Positions 50,307 to 63,141 of a DNA stretch of 64,000 nt are shown here, one piece after another. The notes beneath the pieces were generated by a model, which made no database searches, was not told where the DNA came from, and saw only the letters and a list, made by a program, of their open reading frames with translations. This stretch comes from Octopus bimaculoides (taxonomy: Eukaryota), in the NCBI RefSeq assembly GCF_001194135.2, contig NC_068982.1, forward strand, positions 32,219,855-32,283,854. Direction: 5' to 3'. The translations under genes and the position numbers were made by a program. Positions within the stretch are counted from its first letter, which is position 1; each line of letters begins with the position of its first letter.

Positions 50307-51120
50307 CCTGGCTATGGAGCTCAGGGCTAAAGGTAGAGAGTGAAGGCTTTATCTTGGCTACCCAAGATCAGAGCTTATTGATCCAGAACTATCAAACCAA
50401 CGTGATGAAAACTGCAACTATGGGATAGAAACAGTCAACCACCTAATCTCCCGATGTAAAGTTTTAGCATGTGTAGAGTACAAATAAAGACATGACAGAG
50501 TTGGCCAATATCTACACTGGATAATGTGTCGGCATTATTAAATCAAAACTGCTGACAAATGGTACAAGCACCACCCTGAGACTGTAATTGAGGGAGAAAA
50601 TGCAACTATTCTTTGGGATTTCCCTGTATGTACAGACCGGACCATCGAGGTAAATAAACCAGATATTGTTGTAAAAGACAAAAGCAATAAAGTCTGTTTA
50701 TGGATTGACATGAGAATACCTTGTGACCATAATATCTCAGCAAAAAATTTTGATAAGCTCAGAAAATATAAAGATTTACTAATCGGAAAGATGTGGCATC
50801 TCAAGACGGTTACAATACCAGTGATTGTAGGAGCAAATGGAATGATCAAAACGGAACTGAAAATTATTTAAGAAAGATCCCTGGCTTACCATCCATGCAG
50901 GAAGTGCACAAGATTGTCTTAACTGGTACGTCACACGTACTGAGAAGAGCATTGTCACTGTGAATTTTCTCCTCCCCCCCCCACACACACCTTATTTAAT
51001 TTGTTTACTTTTCTATTTTTATTTTTTCTCTTCGTTCCTTGAGATCCAGTCCTTTCCTGAGCAATACTGCCACCCCGTCTCCCATTCCAGGCCGACTAAG
51101 AGATGCATAAATCTCAAAAT
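50307..51120 (+). mobile_element. R4/Dong-clade 3' fragment: zinc knuckle, restriction-like endonuclease, 3'UTR
   Basis: SGLKVESEGFILATQDQSL, ETVNHLIS.C, RHDRVGQYLHW, ILWDF, NKPDIVVKDKSNKVCLWIDMRIP (PD..D), VIVGANG. Confidence 0.85.
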
Positions 51121-51184
51121 CATCTATCGACATGTGCTCGCACATCGCTGCGGAAGTTTTGCTGTTATTCATGTTGTTATACAT
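51120..51184 (+). repeat. Left arm of a perfect 65-bp inverted repeat (partner 53584-53648)
   Basis: TCATCTATCGACATGTGCTCGCACATCGCTGCGGAAGTTTTGCTGTTATTCATGTTGTTATACAT, exact reverse complement of 53584-53648. Confidence 0.95.
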
Positions 51185-53190
51185 TGTTCTGATGATTCCG
51201 TAAGTCGGAAACTGTGCTTTCGCTGACTGCTATCACATCCAAACGTAATAACCTGAGGTCATTGAGCAGGTGTCTCTGCTTCCAGGGTGACCCCAGGCGA
51301 CGAGCATGGTCATGTTAAACACTGGGAGAATAAGGAAGTAGGCGAAAGCTAATTACCGAGGTCTTGTTGGGGAGGAGTGGTGGTACATTCTCCGTCTCTC
51401 TCACTGGACGTGGGTGTTCTCCCCAGCATGTCGTTATAAAGTCTTTTGTTACATGACTTTTGAAAATCCCCTACAAAGTCAGGATATTTATTTTTTAATG
51501 TGTTATAAGTGCTCTCTGTTGTTTTTTATTATTTTTATGTGCTGTGGTATGTTAGTGTTGACACTTGGAGCAACGAGAGTGCTCTGGTTAATGTCCATGT
51601 AATATTGAATGTCTTGCATTAACGTCTTGTTTTCTGTGTTAACAGCTGTGAAGTTTATAACTCTTGCTTTTTGTTTGTTTGATGCGGTGTAGTTTAACTG
51701 CTGTGCGTGTAAATTAAATAGCATTAGTGATCGTTGCAGAGATAGTGATGGTGATGTTGTTAGTAGTGGTGTGTTATTGTTGCTGCTGCTTCTGTCCATC
51801 TCCTTGTGTTCAAACCTACCAATCTCTTCCAGTGGGTGCGTTTTTTTTTTTATCTTCTTTTCTTTCCTTTAGTGGGGGCAACTATTTCCCAGTTCTGTTC
51901 CTCCCCTTCATTTTCGTGGTCCGAAAGGGGGTGTGGGATATCTTGTGGACGGTTTTGATTCTTTATTGAAATTGTTGTTGCAGTTGTTGTTTTGGGGTTT
52001 GTTGAGGTTGTCCTGGGATTTTCTGGTTTCTCCGAACACGTGAGGGACAAGACTTGCGGAGCTTTTTATGGTTTTTCTTTTGATACATTGTGTGTTGTAG
52101 TTTTGGGCGATCCTGATACTGTTGTTGCTTTTACTGCTGTCGATGCTAGTTGTTTCTCTGCTGTTGTTTCTACAATTGTTCTTGAAGTTGTTGCTGCTAC
52201 TGCTGTAGGTGCTTCTGTGATCGCAGATGCTGCTATTGCTACTGTTGATTTTGCAGCTGCAGCCGCCTGCTTCTGCTGCTGTTGTTATGGTGGTGCTGTT
52301 GGCAAAAGTGCAGGTTTCTCTGCCTTTTTTATTTTTTGTTGTGAGCAGAAAGCCTTTAGATGGTTTGTGTTCCCGCACAGGTGATGTCTTGGCTTTCTGC
52401 CCTCGGCATCCACGTGTAGTTTTGACCCAACCGGTTGGCTTATATAATCCGGGACACTTTCCACACTTTGCTGATCAGTTTGTATTAGCAGCTGCATCCC
52501 CNNNNNNNNNNCGGGACACTTTCCACACTTTGCTGATCAGTTTGTATTAGCAGCTGCATCCCCTGACCTAACCAGTTCTGCTTGTGAATCTTATCAATTT
52601 GCAGAATCTTGGTTTTCTCCTCTATGTCTTGGAGAATTGCAGCTACTAACCAGCAAATGTTAATTTCTGGTGGACTATTGAATAAGCTGATTCTGTATAC
52701 TCTACGCCTCAGGAAGGTAGATATAAGAATTATTTCTTCACTCGTCAGGATAGCTGTCGAGTGTTCATTTGCTTCCTCCTGTGAGGCGAACCTCACCTTG
52801 ACAGTCCCATACTTCTTGCCCCTGGTCACGTAGGTTTTGTTCTTCCACGCCGGTCTTAGGGATTTGTTTACTTGTGCTGCTTGTTCGAATTTTCTGTTTC
52901 TCACTCCGATTATTTTATATAGGACTGTCCGCAAACTGATTACATACTGGACAGTCCTAGGAATGTCTAGCGCCACATTTCTGTCACATTTCTTCAGCAC
53001 GCATTTAGCATTCCTGAACTCATTTTCATCTAAGAGAATATCTTCACTTACTTGCCTTGTTGCTTGCGCGAAGTCGAAACCATTCCGATCGCATTTGCTT
53101 GTGTCGATTTCGTTGTTTTTTGTTTTTTTTTTTGTCAATCATGTCGGTGATGGTGGTGGTGGACCTGCTGCTGGCACCGGTGGTGGCAGT

Positions 53191-53237
<47 letters not shown>

Positions 53238-53648
53238 CGTGTTGTTGATGCTTGTGATTTTCTTTTGTTGTTGCGGTGGTAAAGGGGAGGAAAGAGGTAA
53301 GCGCTATTCGTTCCACGTGCGCTATTGTTCTTATTCTTGTTGCTACAGCAGTCGTTGTCTTGTGCAACTTGGCTGTTCTGTCTTGCGGATAACCTGCTGT
53401 TATTTTCAGCAGACGGACGGTTTTCGTTCGCCATCTTTGATTTCAGAAAAAATGAGGGGGGGGGGTCGTCGTAACCCAAACAAATACCAAAATAGCCTCT
53501 AAGGGCTATAAATGGGAATTAATCAGTTCCCGAAGGTCCTTATTTGTTGAACTAAATAACAATAACAAACGCACTGTAAAAATATGTATAACAACATGAA
53601 TAACAGCAAAACTTCCGCAGCGATGTGCGAGCACATGTCGATAGATGA
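51185..53648 (-). mobile_element. Tx1/L1-clade LINE 5' half (5'UTR, ORF1, first codons of endonuclease), related to 24751-27866
   Basis: VTRGKKYGTVKVRF, NSPPEIN, LCGNTNHLKAFC, P.P.SDH..W..V motif; LGSPWKQRHLLNDLRLLRLDVIAVSES at about 51200-51300. Confidence 0.85.
52502..52511. other. 10-N gap with about 52 bp duplicated on both sides (unmerged contig overlap)
   Basis: CGGGACACTTTCC...GCTGCATCCCC appears immediately before and after the Ns. Confidence 0.9.
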
Positions 53649-53650
53649 AC

Positions 53651-55650
53651 AATAATAATAATAATAATAATAATAATGATAATAATAATAATATTTCTTT
53701 ATTGGCTACTATGACCAGAAAACATTGTGGACAATACAATAAAAAAAAAGGCATTGAAGGTTTACATAAAATCGAGCAAAAAGTTTGTGATAACACTGAT
53801 AATAAAAGGAAAAAAACAATAACAGCGGTAACAAAACTAAAGTAATCGAAAATCCTCAATAGGCGGAAAAACTAAGGTGACAAAGGATCTTATATCCCAA
53901 TTTACCCTGATGAGCAGGAGTACCACGGAAAGAACTCTCTCTCTCTCTCTCTCTCCTCCATACTTAGCCCACAGGTGCATGTATGGAGTAGGTTCATTCA
54001 CCACCGTTTGACAAATTTACTGGAGGTAAGTGCCTCCCATTGCAGCCTCCTGAGTGAGACTGAAAAATATCGATGAGAGCTTGACCGAAGAGCAAAGTCC
54101 ACAATACAACTTCTTTCACCATAACCCAATGACAAAAAGTGAGGAGGCGGGACTATCTTCCGATGGAGACGGCTGATAGCCAGATCCGACCTAGACGCAA
54201 CATCAATTCGACATGATTTTACAAGTTATCAACACTCGAGTACTGTACAAGTGAGTGCAGGATGGTTTTGATCGTTCTAGGCACATCTCGAGCAGATGTA
54301 GCTGACAGCATCATCATGCTTGTAGAGTTTATCCCGAATCAGCAATGCACACTAGAGATTTCTGGAAATTTCCCACAGACTCTGGACCGAAATCCTCTGG
54401 AAAAACACCAGCTAGTTGGTTTTCATCACCCAACGTTTCCCAGAGGACGTCGTCGATCTTACCTAACCCTTTATAGAGTGTTATGGTGAAATATCCTCTA
54501 ATTGCATTGCCCAACTGGTAGAGAGTTGTGAGATCCTAATAGCTTGCTAGGAGGAAGGTGTCCGGCTTCGGTCCATTGCTTTACTCAGGACTGCAGCTCT
54601 ATCAAAGAAATGAACTGTGGAAAAGCGCATCAGGCAAACGGTGACCTCACCTGCCCAACATCAACGAAACGCTGGAGATGTCGCAACCTCAGCGTATGTC
54701 TTCGCATCATTAGCCATATCATGCGCAGTCCTACACACAGCTCTTGCTGACCACAAATGGACCGTCGGACCAACAGAACACGTCACCCCACAGAAAGTAG
54801 AAGAGCAAGCATTACATTCGGGTGAGCCATCAAGTGGGACAAAGCAAGATAATCAGGTGGTAGTATATGATAGATGCAATGTAAGAATTCATCACTTCTC
54901 ATTTTAGTGATAATTTTCCCTTGGCCCATTTCTGGGTGAGACCAGGCCCCGGTTCGTTACCTCCTTCCAGTTCCTGGCTACCTGTAATTTTGGAGCAAAT
55001 TAAACCCCGAGCAGTGTAACCGGTCCGTCTGTCCAATGCTCCACAATGCTATTAGATTGCATGAACCTGTCTCTCCGGGTACCGTGTTACCGGAACAATG
55101 ACTCTTCCAAGTCACCTTTTTCTTCCGTTACCACCTCGTATTTCTTTAGAGCAGTGCTAATCACATCGGAGATATTATTACGGTGATGTCGACATCATAC
55201 GCAAATACGAGTCATCCGCATCCTGGTTCTCACGGAACACCCCCTCGAAACCTCCAGCTTCTGCAGTAATTACTATAGTATCAGTACATACGAATAGAAC
55301 ACGATAATGAAAGTCTTCGAGAGATGGCCATTTTACCTGACCACCGCACAAATTGCATTACAGCAATCCAGATCCTGAACATGGAGCGGAAATCAACCGC
55401 CTTGAGGTTAGCCGTTTAGTACTGATAGTCAATCCAATCAGAAACTTTCGATTGAGCTTATTGGTCAGGGCCTCAGTCATGCTAGATTTTTTACCTACAT
55501 TTTTTATTATGTATCGCATGAGATCCAGGTTGTCATAGATAGACCTGTTTGGGATGGCACATGTCTGCGCATCACCGACAAGACCATTAATAGCAAGCAT
55601 CAACCTCTTCACTAACACCTTGGCCAAAATCTTCAACTCTGCATTTAAGA
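53651..55650 (-). mobile_element. Tx1/L1-clade LINE 3' half (decayed RT, C-terminus, 3'UTR, AATAAA, (ATT)n tail)
   Basis: LNAELKILAKVL..QTCAIPNRSIYDNL; FAYDVDIT (YADD remnant); SSKFVKRW near 54010; AATAAA at 53698-53703 then (ATT)n. Confidence 0.75.
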
Positions 55651-55720
55651 GTTGGCGAACCTGAAGTTGTTAAAATGATTCCTTTTGTTTGCTGCTAATC
55701 CCAGAAATAATGAGTATTAA

Positions 55721-56387
55721 TATTGGTTTCAAATTTTGGCACAAGGCCAGAAACTTCGGGGGAAGTGGAAAGTCGATTATATCGACCACAGTACTCAACT
55801 TCGACTGCGAAAGGATGAAAGGTAAAGTCGACCTCAGCGGAATTTGAACTCGGAATGTAAAGACGGACGAAATGTTACGCATTTTGTCCGACGTGCTTAC
55901 GATTCTGTCAGCTTGCCGCCTTAATGAATACTAATATTCCTTTCTACTATAAGCACAAGGTCTAAAATTTGGGGGTGAGGGATAAGTCGATTACATTGAC
56001 CCCAGTGTTTCACGGGTACTTAATTTATAAACTTCGAAAGGATGAAAGGCAAAGTCGACTCCGGCAGCATTTGAACAGGCGAAATACCGTTAAGCATTTC
56101 GCCAGGCGTCCTAACCATTCTGCCAGCTCACCGCCTTAATGAGCACTAATATTTTCACTTCGTATAAGGTGGCGAGCTGGCAGAATCGTTAACCGGCCGG
56201 GAAAATGCTTAACAATATTTCATCCGTTATTACGTTCTAAGTTCAGATTCTGCAGAGGTCGACTTTGCCTATCTTTTCAGGGTCGATAAAAAAAATAATA
56301 ATACCAGCTTAGGATTGGGGTCGATGTAATCGATTTTCACCCTCCCATAAAATTGCTGACCTTGGGCTACAATTTTAAATCAATATT
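55721..56387. mobile_element. Cluster of three SINE-B copies (-, -, +)
   Basis: Copies at 55721-55922, 55935-56137 and 56166-56387, CpG largely intact. Confidence 0.8.
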
Positions 56388-59300
56388 ACCACCGTATATA
56401 CATTTATTATGGCCTTGACCACATCGATTCCTGGTATATCTCATAGAAAAGATGATGTTCGCATACTTTGATACCGCTCTCTCTATTTTAAGGTCAAAAT
56501 CGGCGTTGATAGACCCTTTTCTACATATAGAACGAAATACTCATATATGAAACTGAGAACCTAAAGCAGTCTTCAAGACGCCTGTCAGTAACGTTCATTC
56601 GTCGAGCAAGAATAACAGCTTGTATAACAAGTTTCATCCCTCAGCTACCAGTGTATATATATATATATATATATATATACAACATACGAATACTTACATA
56701 TACGCACGTATACACACATATATATGCACGTATGCACACGACCAGTTTAAATTGCCTGTCTAAACTTTACGTGCTATATGGTCAAAATACCACCGCAGTG
56801 AATATAATGACGAAGTAAATATATAAATTCATATAAATAAGAATAAGATCGTTAACTCGAAGCAAAAAAAAAAAACTATGAATTACAGATTATATAAATA
56901 TTGAGTAAAAAAACTTATTGCATAGAGACTGAAGGCTACCTTCGACGTTTTCTATCTAATGGGGGTTTTTTTTTTAACCCCATCGGATAATTTCTTTCAT
57001 TTTTAAAAATAATTTTACACTATTATATTTGCTCCGAGTTAAACCGTTCCAAAAGAAAATATCTCGCAAACATGCATGCACGCGCACCTGCTTAGGTATT
57101 CCAGCACAGTTTGTATCTGTTACTTTTCAGAACAGTAATGCTACATTGTGACACTCAAAATAGAAATATATTTATGCTAGATTGTATTGAATGTTAACAT
57201 TTGACGAATCAAAAAATAACTGCCATTTACACTATGTATAGAATTATACTATTACATTTAGCAAATTCTCGTAAAATCTGAATAATCAGCATTTACTCCA
57301 TTATTCCTTCCATCTTTCTATTTATATGTTTTTACGCATTTTATAGATCACATTAATGGGACAAGTTTCAGAAATGTACTTGACATATCATGAGACTCAT
57401 AGAATTAATTCTATTTAAGATGATATTTTGAGAGCTGCTCTAAAATGATTTTGAACATTATAACTGCTCTTAGCATACACTTAACGAACTCTATCTGCCA
57501 GTTATACATCATCAGTTGAATTTTCTTTATTAAATTATATACACATTTTATATATACATTTATATATGCGATTTGATCGGTAAAACATTCGTAATACGGA
57601 ATGAACTAAAGGCAAAGAACCCAAGGTGGTTTGAAATTGCGACGGTACAGGCATCTAACTTGGAAGAAATATATTCCTAAGTAGTTAGCTTCAGTTTTGC
57701 TGTTTCGAGATCGAATACCTCTATGTCATATCAACCTCTTACATCTTTTCGTGGTTTCTGAAATAACTATCAATAAGATTAATGCTTCTACTAAACCACA
57801 TACACACTAAACATTGCAAAATTTGGCCTTTGCACATCTTCAAAAGAAATCAATAATTTGTTTGAGACGAAAGTTGAAAGAAATAAATACTAGAGTAAGT
57901 TCACTGGCAATCGAGATCACAATGTGCGTTTAATTCACATACGGAACCATTTCGCTTACATAATGCCACTAATGACCTACCAAATACACCAATATCATAC
58001 TTCACATTTCCATTCCACTAAAATATCGGATATTTATGTTCTGTTAAAAAAAAGATTGTTGCTGTTGCTGTGAATCATGTTGTTGATAGTGGTGGTACTA
58101 GTGTATGTGGTGGTGGCGGTGGTTAGTCATAAATCTGCACTGATCGAGCCATCCAACGATCAGAAGAATTCTAGCCATGACAATTCCAACTTATTTGCTA
58201 TCTAGTGCTACATTATCCCGATATGTCTAAGTTAGATTTGGCTGCTATTTCTAGCTGGTTGGGTGCTATCGTCGGCTTGTTTTCTGGGGGGTTTTTTGGG
58301 GGAGGGGGGGTCTTTTTTTGTTACTTAGCTGCAAACTAGCCCTGATTAATCAGTTGTATCTTCAATGGCGATTCCGTCATGGCCATCCCGTCTTTTATAT
58401 ATACATCTAAGACTACACTGCATTCTTCAATGTGTTCCTTCATTTTTAAGAATGAGTTAACGATACAGTTACAGAGTGAGGTGGCTGCTATTTCTAGCCA
58501 CTCAAACAGCCACCTAGAGACTAGCTGATTAATTGTATGTTATTTATCTAAAGTGGGAACCATTTAGCAAAGGAAACTATCCCATTTTACCACTGATTTC
58601 AAGATAAGTAAATCGAAGATGCAACATAACTTTTATCAAAGGTATTAATCAACACAGGGGAAAGTAAATGGTGACAGTATAGGAAATCGAAACCGGCACG
58701 TTGTGAATTTACGTTAAGCTATTCATCATCGTCTTAGTTCAATGAATAACTGTGAGGTAGGAAATATTGTATTTTGTGAAAATCTTGCAATAGCAACCAT
58801 TGTAGATTTGCTCATAAATTCTTTAGAACTTTTGGTACAAGGCCAATAACCTGCACCAGACGAAGTTTTGAGCAGCATTTCTTCCAGCTCTTTAAATTCT
58901 GAGCTTAAATTGCGCCGAGGTCGATTTTGCTTTTCAGCCTTTTGGGGTCGATGAAGTAACAGCCATCTGAGAACTGGTATTTATTTCAAAATTGTAACTA
59001 CTAGTGCTTAACTGGCAGTTCTCCGTCGACCCCAAAACCTTGAGAGGCAAAATCGATCCTGGCGAAATTTAAATTCAGAACTCATAGAGCCGAAAGTAAT
59101 GCCGCTAAGTATTTCGTCCGGCTCAGTAACGATTCTGCCAGCACGCTGCCTTATCTTAACTCATAAATAAGAACAGAGGTAACGAAGGAGACAACATGGT
59201 TTGAGAGTTTTGCAGGGGGATAAACTTTAGGCCAGTTCTGATTGAATAAAGCTATGATCGAAGATATTCTAGACATGGCGATTTCATAATTGTAGATATA

Positions 59301-60334
59301 GTGTATATATATCCAATACGTTCATTTTCTAAGAGTATAAGATACAATCTGAGTAAAATTTGACTGTTATTTCTTGCAGATAGAATTACCACATCAAACA
59401 GCGGTCCCCAACCTTTTCTGTACCACGTATAGGAGGCCAGCAATTTCGGAGAGGGTGGTGAGTCGATTACATCGACCCTATTGTTCTTCCGAAAGGATGA
59501 AATGCAAAGTCGACTCTAGTAGCATTTGAACTCTGAATGCAAAATCGGAAGAAATGTTACTCAGCATTTTCCCGGCGCGTTAATGATTCTTCCAACTCGC
59601 TACTTTATGTAATACATATATAATGCAAAAACACCCTGTAAACTGCGATAACCAATGAAACAGAAATAAAATTTTAAATCTCATTCTTTCAGTGTGTCCT
59701 TGTCCCCGGCCCGGCACTGGTCTGCGGCTTGGTGGTTGAGGCTTCTCTGTCGCGGATACTTATTTCGTTATAGCTTAATCTACTGGAAATAGCAGCCAAA
59801 TCTCTTTTATAAATTGTTATAATAATGACTCTAAAAAGAAAAAAAAAAGTCGCATAGACATGATATAGTACAATGAGCCCTGCGCTCGTAAAAAGATCAG
59901 GATATTAGGATTCAAACCCCTCCTACGAAATTATGTTTGCGATCGTGAGTATGCCACTACAGTTTCACGTGATTGATCTATAAATCGACCAATCAACGTG
60001 AAACTGAGGCATGATATGGTTTGCTCGAATATTCTAGTTTGGTGCCCTTTTATCCTTGTTAAACAATTTAGCGCCTAAATCACAGAAGACCGCAGTTAGC
60101 CTTCGAGCAAGACAGATACCAGCAAGTCTTCAAGCAATACATCGCGGTTCTTTTCTTTTCTTTTTTTTTTCAAGCTTTAACGATGTGCAGCGATTACTGT
60201 GTCTGCATTTTTCTCTTCCAGATAGCTAATGCTTAAGCCAACGCAACTAATGTATTTTTACTTAGTATACTGAGAACCAGTGAATCTGTGATAATATGCG
60301 TATTTATATCTTTTATCTTTTTTTTTTACCTTCA

Positions 60335-60697
60335 CATGCTTCAGTGATTTGATTGCGGACATGCTGGAGCACCGCCTTGATGGGATTTTATTTGAACAAA
60401 TCAACCCCAGGGCTTATATGTTTTAAACCTAGTATTTATTCTATCGGTCTCTTTTGCCGAATTGCTAAGTTACGAGGAGATAAATCCACCAACACCGGTT
60501 GTAAAGCAGTGATGGGGGACAGACACAAAGACTCACACAGATATATATATATATATATATTTATATACACACGACGGGCTTTCAAGTTCCGTCTACCAGA
60601 TCCACTCACAAGGTTTTGGTCGGCCCAAGGCTATAACAGTGCGACTGAACACGGAACCCAGTGACTAGGAAGCAAATTTCTTGCCACGCCTGCGCCT
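60335..60697 (-). mobile_element. SINE family A copy
   Basis: Colinear with 2255-2698. Confidence 0.8.
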
Positions 60698-61554
60698 ATG
60701 CACAGTTTTCAAAAAAGAAATGGTTGAACTTTCACGTGTCTGCCTTATTTTTAATACATGCCGCCAGTCTGATCTTGCTCTCAAAATAAGCATACAGCGT
60801 CATTACTTTTAACCAAAACCACACGACGCTGGTTTTTAACACACATGAATAAGCAAGCTACCGACAAGGGTATTTAAGGAGTGCGTTAAATACGGATGGT
60901 GGAAGATAAAGAATGACAACCAAGATTCGAAATCGGATCGAAGGTTTATGATCACATGGTATTTATCTTTCGCACAACAACGCTCGGGTGGTTATTTCCT
61001 TTTCATTAAGCAACTAACATAAAAGGGGGAACAAGCTAAAATTTTTACTTCTGATCTTTGGCTGCCGGGAATATTCATTGATTGGTAACAAACACACCTA
61101 TACTTATTTTCACTAAAATTATTAGTTTTGATACAAAGTAATACCAATACTTGCTACTTAATGATTAAATTATTTACTGGTATTTACTGGAGTTTATACA
61201 TTTTCTACAGTCAAAATATCTAGAATACAAAGCTTTATGTCGATAGTGCTCATTATATACTATATAACATTTAATTGGCTGGGAGAGCCGAAAATATTAA
61301 TGGAGTCATTTCACTTCCATGCCTTCTAGCACGGCGTGTCTTTTGTTCTTGGAAAGTTCTCTAAAATTATTGTAAACATAGTATTTTGATTACAATTTTA
61401 GGTGCAAATAAATAAATATACATATATACATGTTTGCACACGAATGTGTGAATATATATGTATGTGTGATGCATGTGTGCATATATATATATGAACATAT
61501 ATGCATACGTACATGTATGCGTGTTTGTAATGTGAATACACTCACAGATGTTTG

Positions 61555-61594
<40 letters not shown>

Positions 61595-62205
61595 CTTGAA
61601 CATACATAACTATGTATGTATGTATGTATGGATAGGTATTCTTTTATTAGCCGAGAAACTACACTTGCGCAAGTTCTTAGCGTTTCATGTCAATGCCATT
61701 ATCAAACTGACTGAAATGGAACCATTTTTTTGCAACAAACATATTTGACCTTTCCGAAAAAAATGTTACCATTATGACCACATGATTTAGAAGGCTTTAA
61801 ACCTCACTAAATAGTAGTTAATGAAAATATAGATAGCCAAAAGCATAATTAACTTTTTGTGTGCCCGAGGGTATACGGGAATAATGGAACAGACAACAAT
61901 GAGTGTGTGTGAGAAGGTGCGTGGTTCAGTGGTTAGAGTGTCGGGCTTACAATAGTGAAGTTGTGAGTTCGATTCCCGGACTAGCTGTGTTGTGTTTTTG
62001 AGCAAAACACTTTTACACGTTGCTCCAGTTTACTCAGCTGTAGAAATGAGCTGCGAAGTCACTGGTTACCATTTGCGGAGACTGGTATGCATGAGCAACT
62101 GTTAGTCTTTCACAACTAACCTTGCTCGGACTTGTGCCGTGGAGGGGAACTTTCCAAGTGCAATTCCATGGTCATCTGCGAACGAAGTGAGTCTTAACCT
62201 TCAGA

Positions 62206-63097
62206 CGAGATTTGATCGATAAGTATCCGGACTATTGCCATAGTAACGAAGCTATAGCACGCTGAGTAAACCCACTTGGCACCCATTGACCTAGAAGACT
62301 TGTGCATGCGCACTAAGTTTTAACGTTCTAGCTCACTTCTGCTGTTAACAGCAGTGCTTGGAATTGAAAATATGTAGCGTGTGATCGTCGCATTGACCAT
62401 GACAGAGAAAGTTGATTGTGGTACCTGCTCGGTGGCCTACGCAAAGTTACAGAGAGTGTATGGAGAGGAGTGTATGAGCCGCACCCAAATGTACGAGTGG
62501 TTCAGATCTTTCCAAAATGGCCAAAAGAATGTCGATACTAACGAACGTTTTGAAGACCTACAACCAGCAGAACTGAGAAAATATCGCAGATGTGCGTGCA
62601 TCTATGAGGGAAAATCATCGAAATACCATCCGTCAGTTATCAGAGGATGTGCAAATTAGTTACTCTTCACTCCAGTCCATTATCAAAGAAGATTTAGATA
62701 TGAGACGCATGTTTGCCAAGTTTTGGGCCAAAACTGCTTTCAGTTGACTAAAAAGACACTCAGGTTTCATTTGCACAAGATCTCCTTGATCTTGTCGAGA
62801 ACGTTGAATACTTTTTGAAAACGTTACGTAGGCCTCTCAGCAGGTATCGACAAACTTTTGGCAAAATTTGATGCAGATTCTCTGCTTAACTTTCTCTGTC
62901 ATGATCATTGCGATGATCACATACTACACGCGTTCCTTTCAAGCACTGCTTCAAAAAAGCTGAAGTGAACTAGAACGTTAAAACTTAGTGTGCATGCATA
63001 GCAGAGTTCAAGATCAATTTGTGCCAAGCGGCTTTACACTGTGTGCTTTAGCTTCGTTGCTATGGCAACAGTCTGAATGCTTATTGATCAGACCACG
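62206..63097 (+). mobile_element. Mariner deletion derivative with about 205-bp inverted ends around an HTH-coding fragment
   Basis: 62206-62413 matches the reverse complement of 62888-63097; internal LQRVYGEECMSRTQMYEWFRSFQNG is a mariner HTH. Confidence 0.8.
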
Positions 63098-63141
63098 TAT
63101 ATATTACTGTAAAGCTCGTTAGACGGTGTTGATATATTTTG

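Noticed and set aside
51188-51215. Hammerhead ribozyme core (CTGATGA...GAAAC)
   Set aside because: Stem II cannot close with the canonical R10.1-Y11.1 pair, and the sequence is the antisense of the endonuclease coding region. A similar near-match at 53905 also fails.
52449-52563. 52-bp direct repeat within ORF1
   Set aside because: It flanks a 10-N gap, typical of an unmerged contig overlap.
53193-53234. Poly-lysine tract or retrocopy poly(A)
   Set aside because: A simple A-run expansion inside the decayed ORF1 N-terminus, with no associated processed gene.
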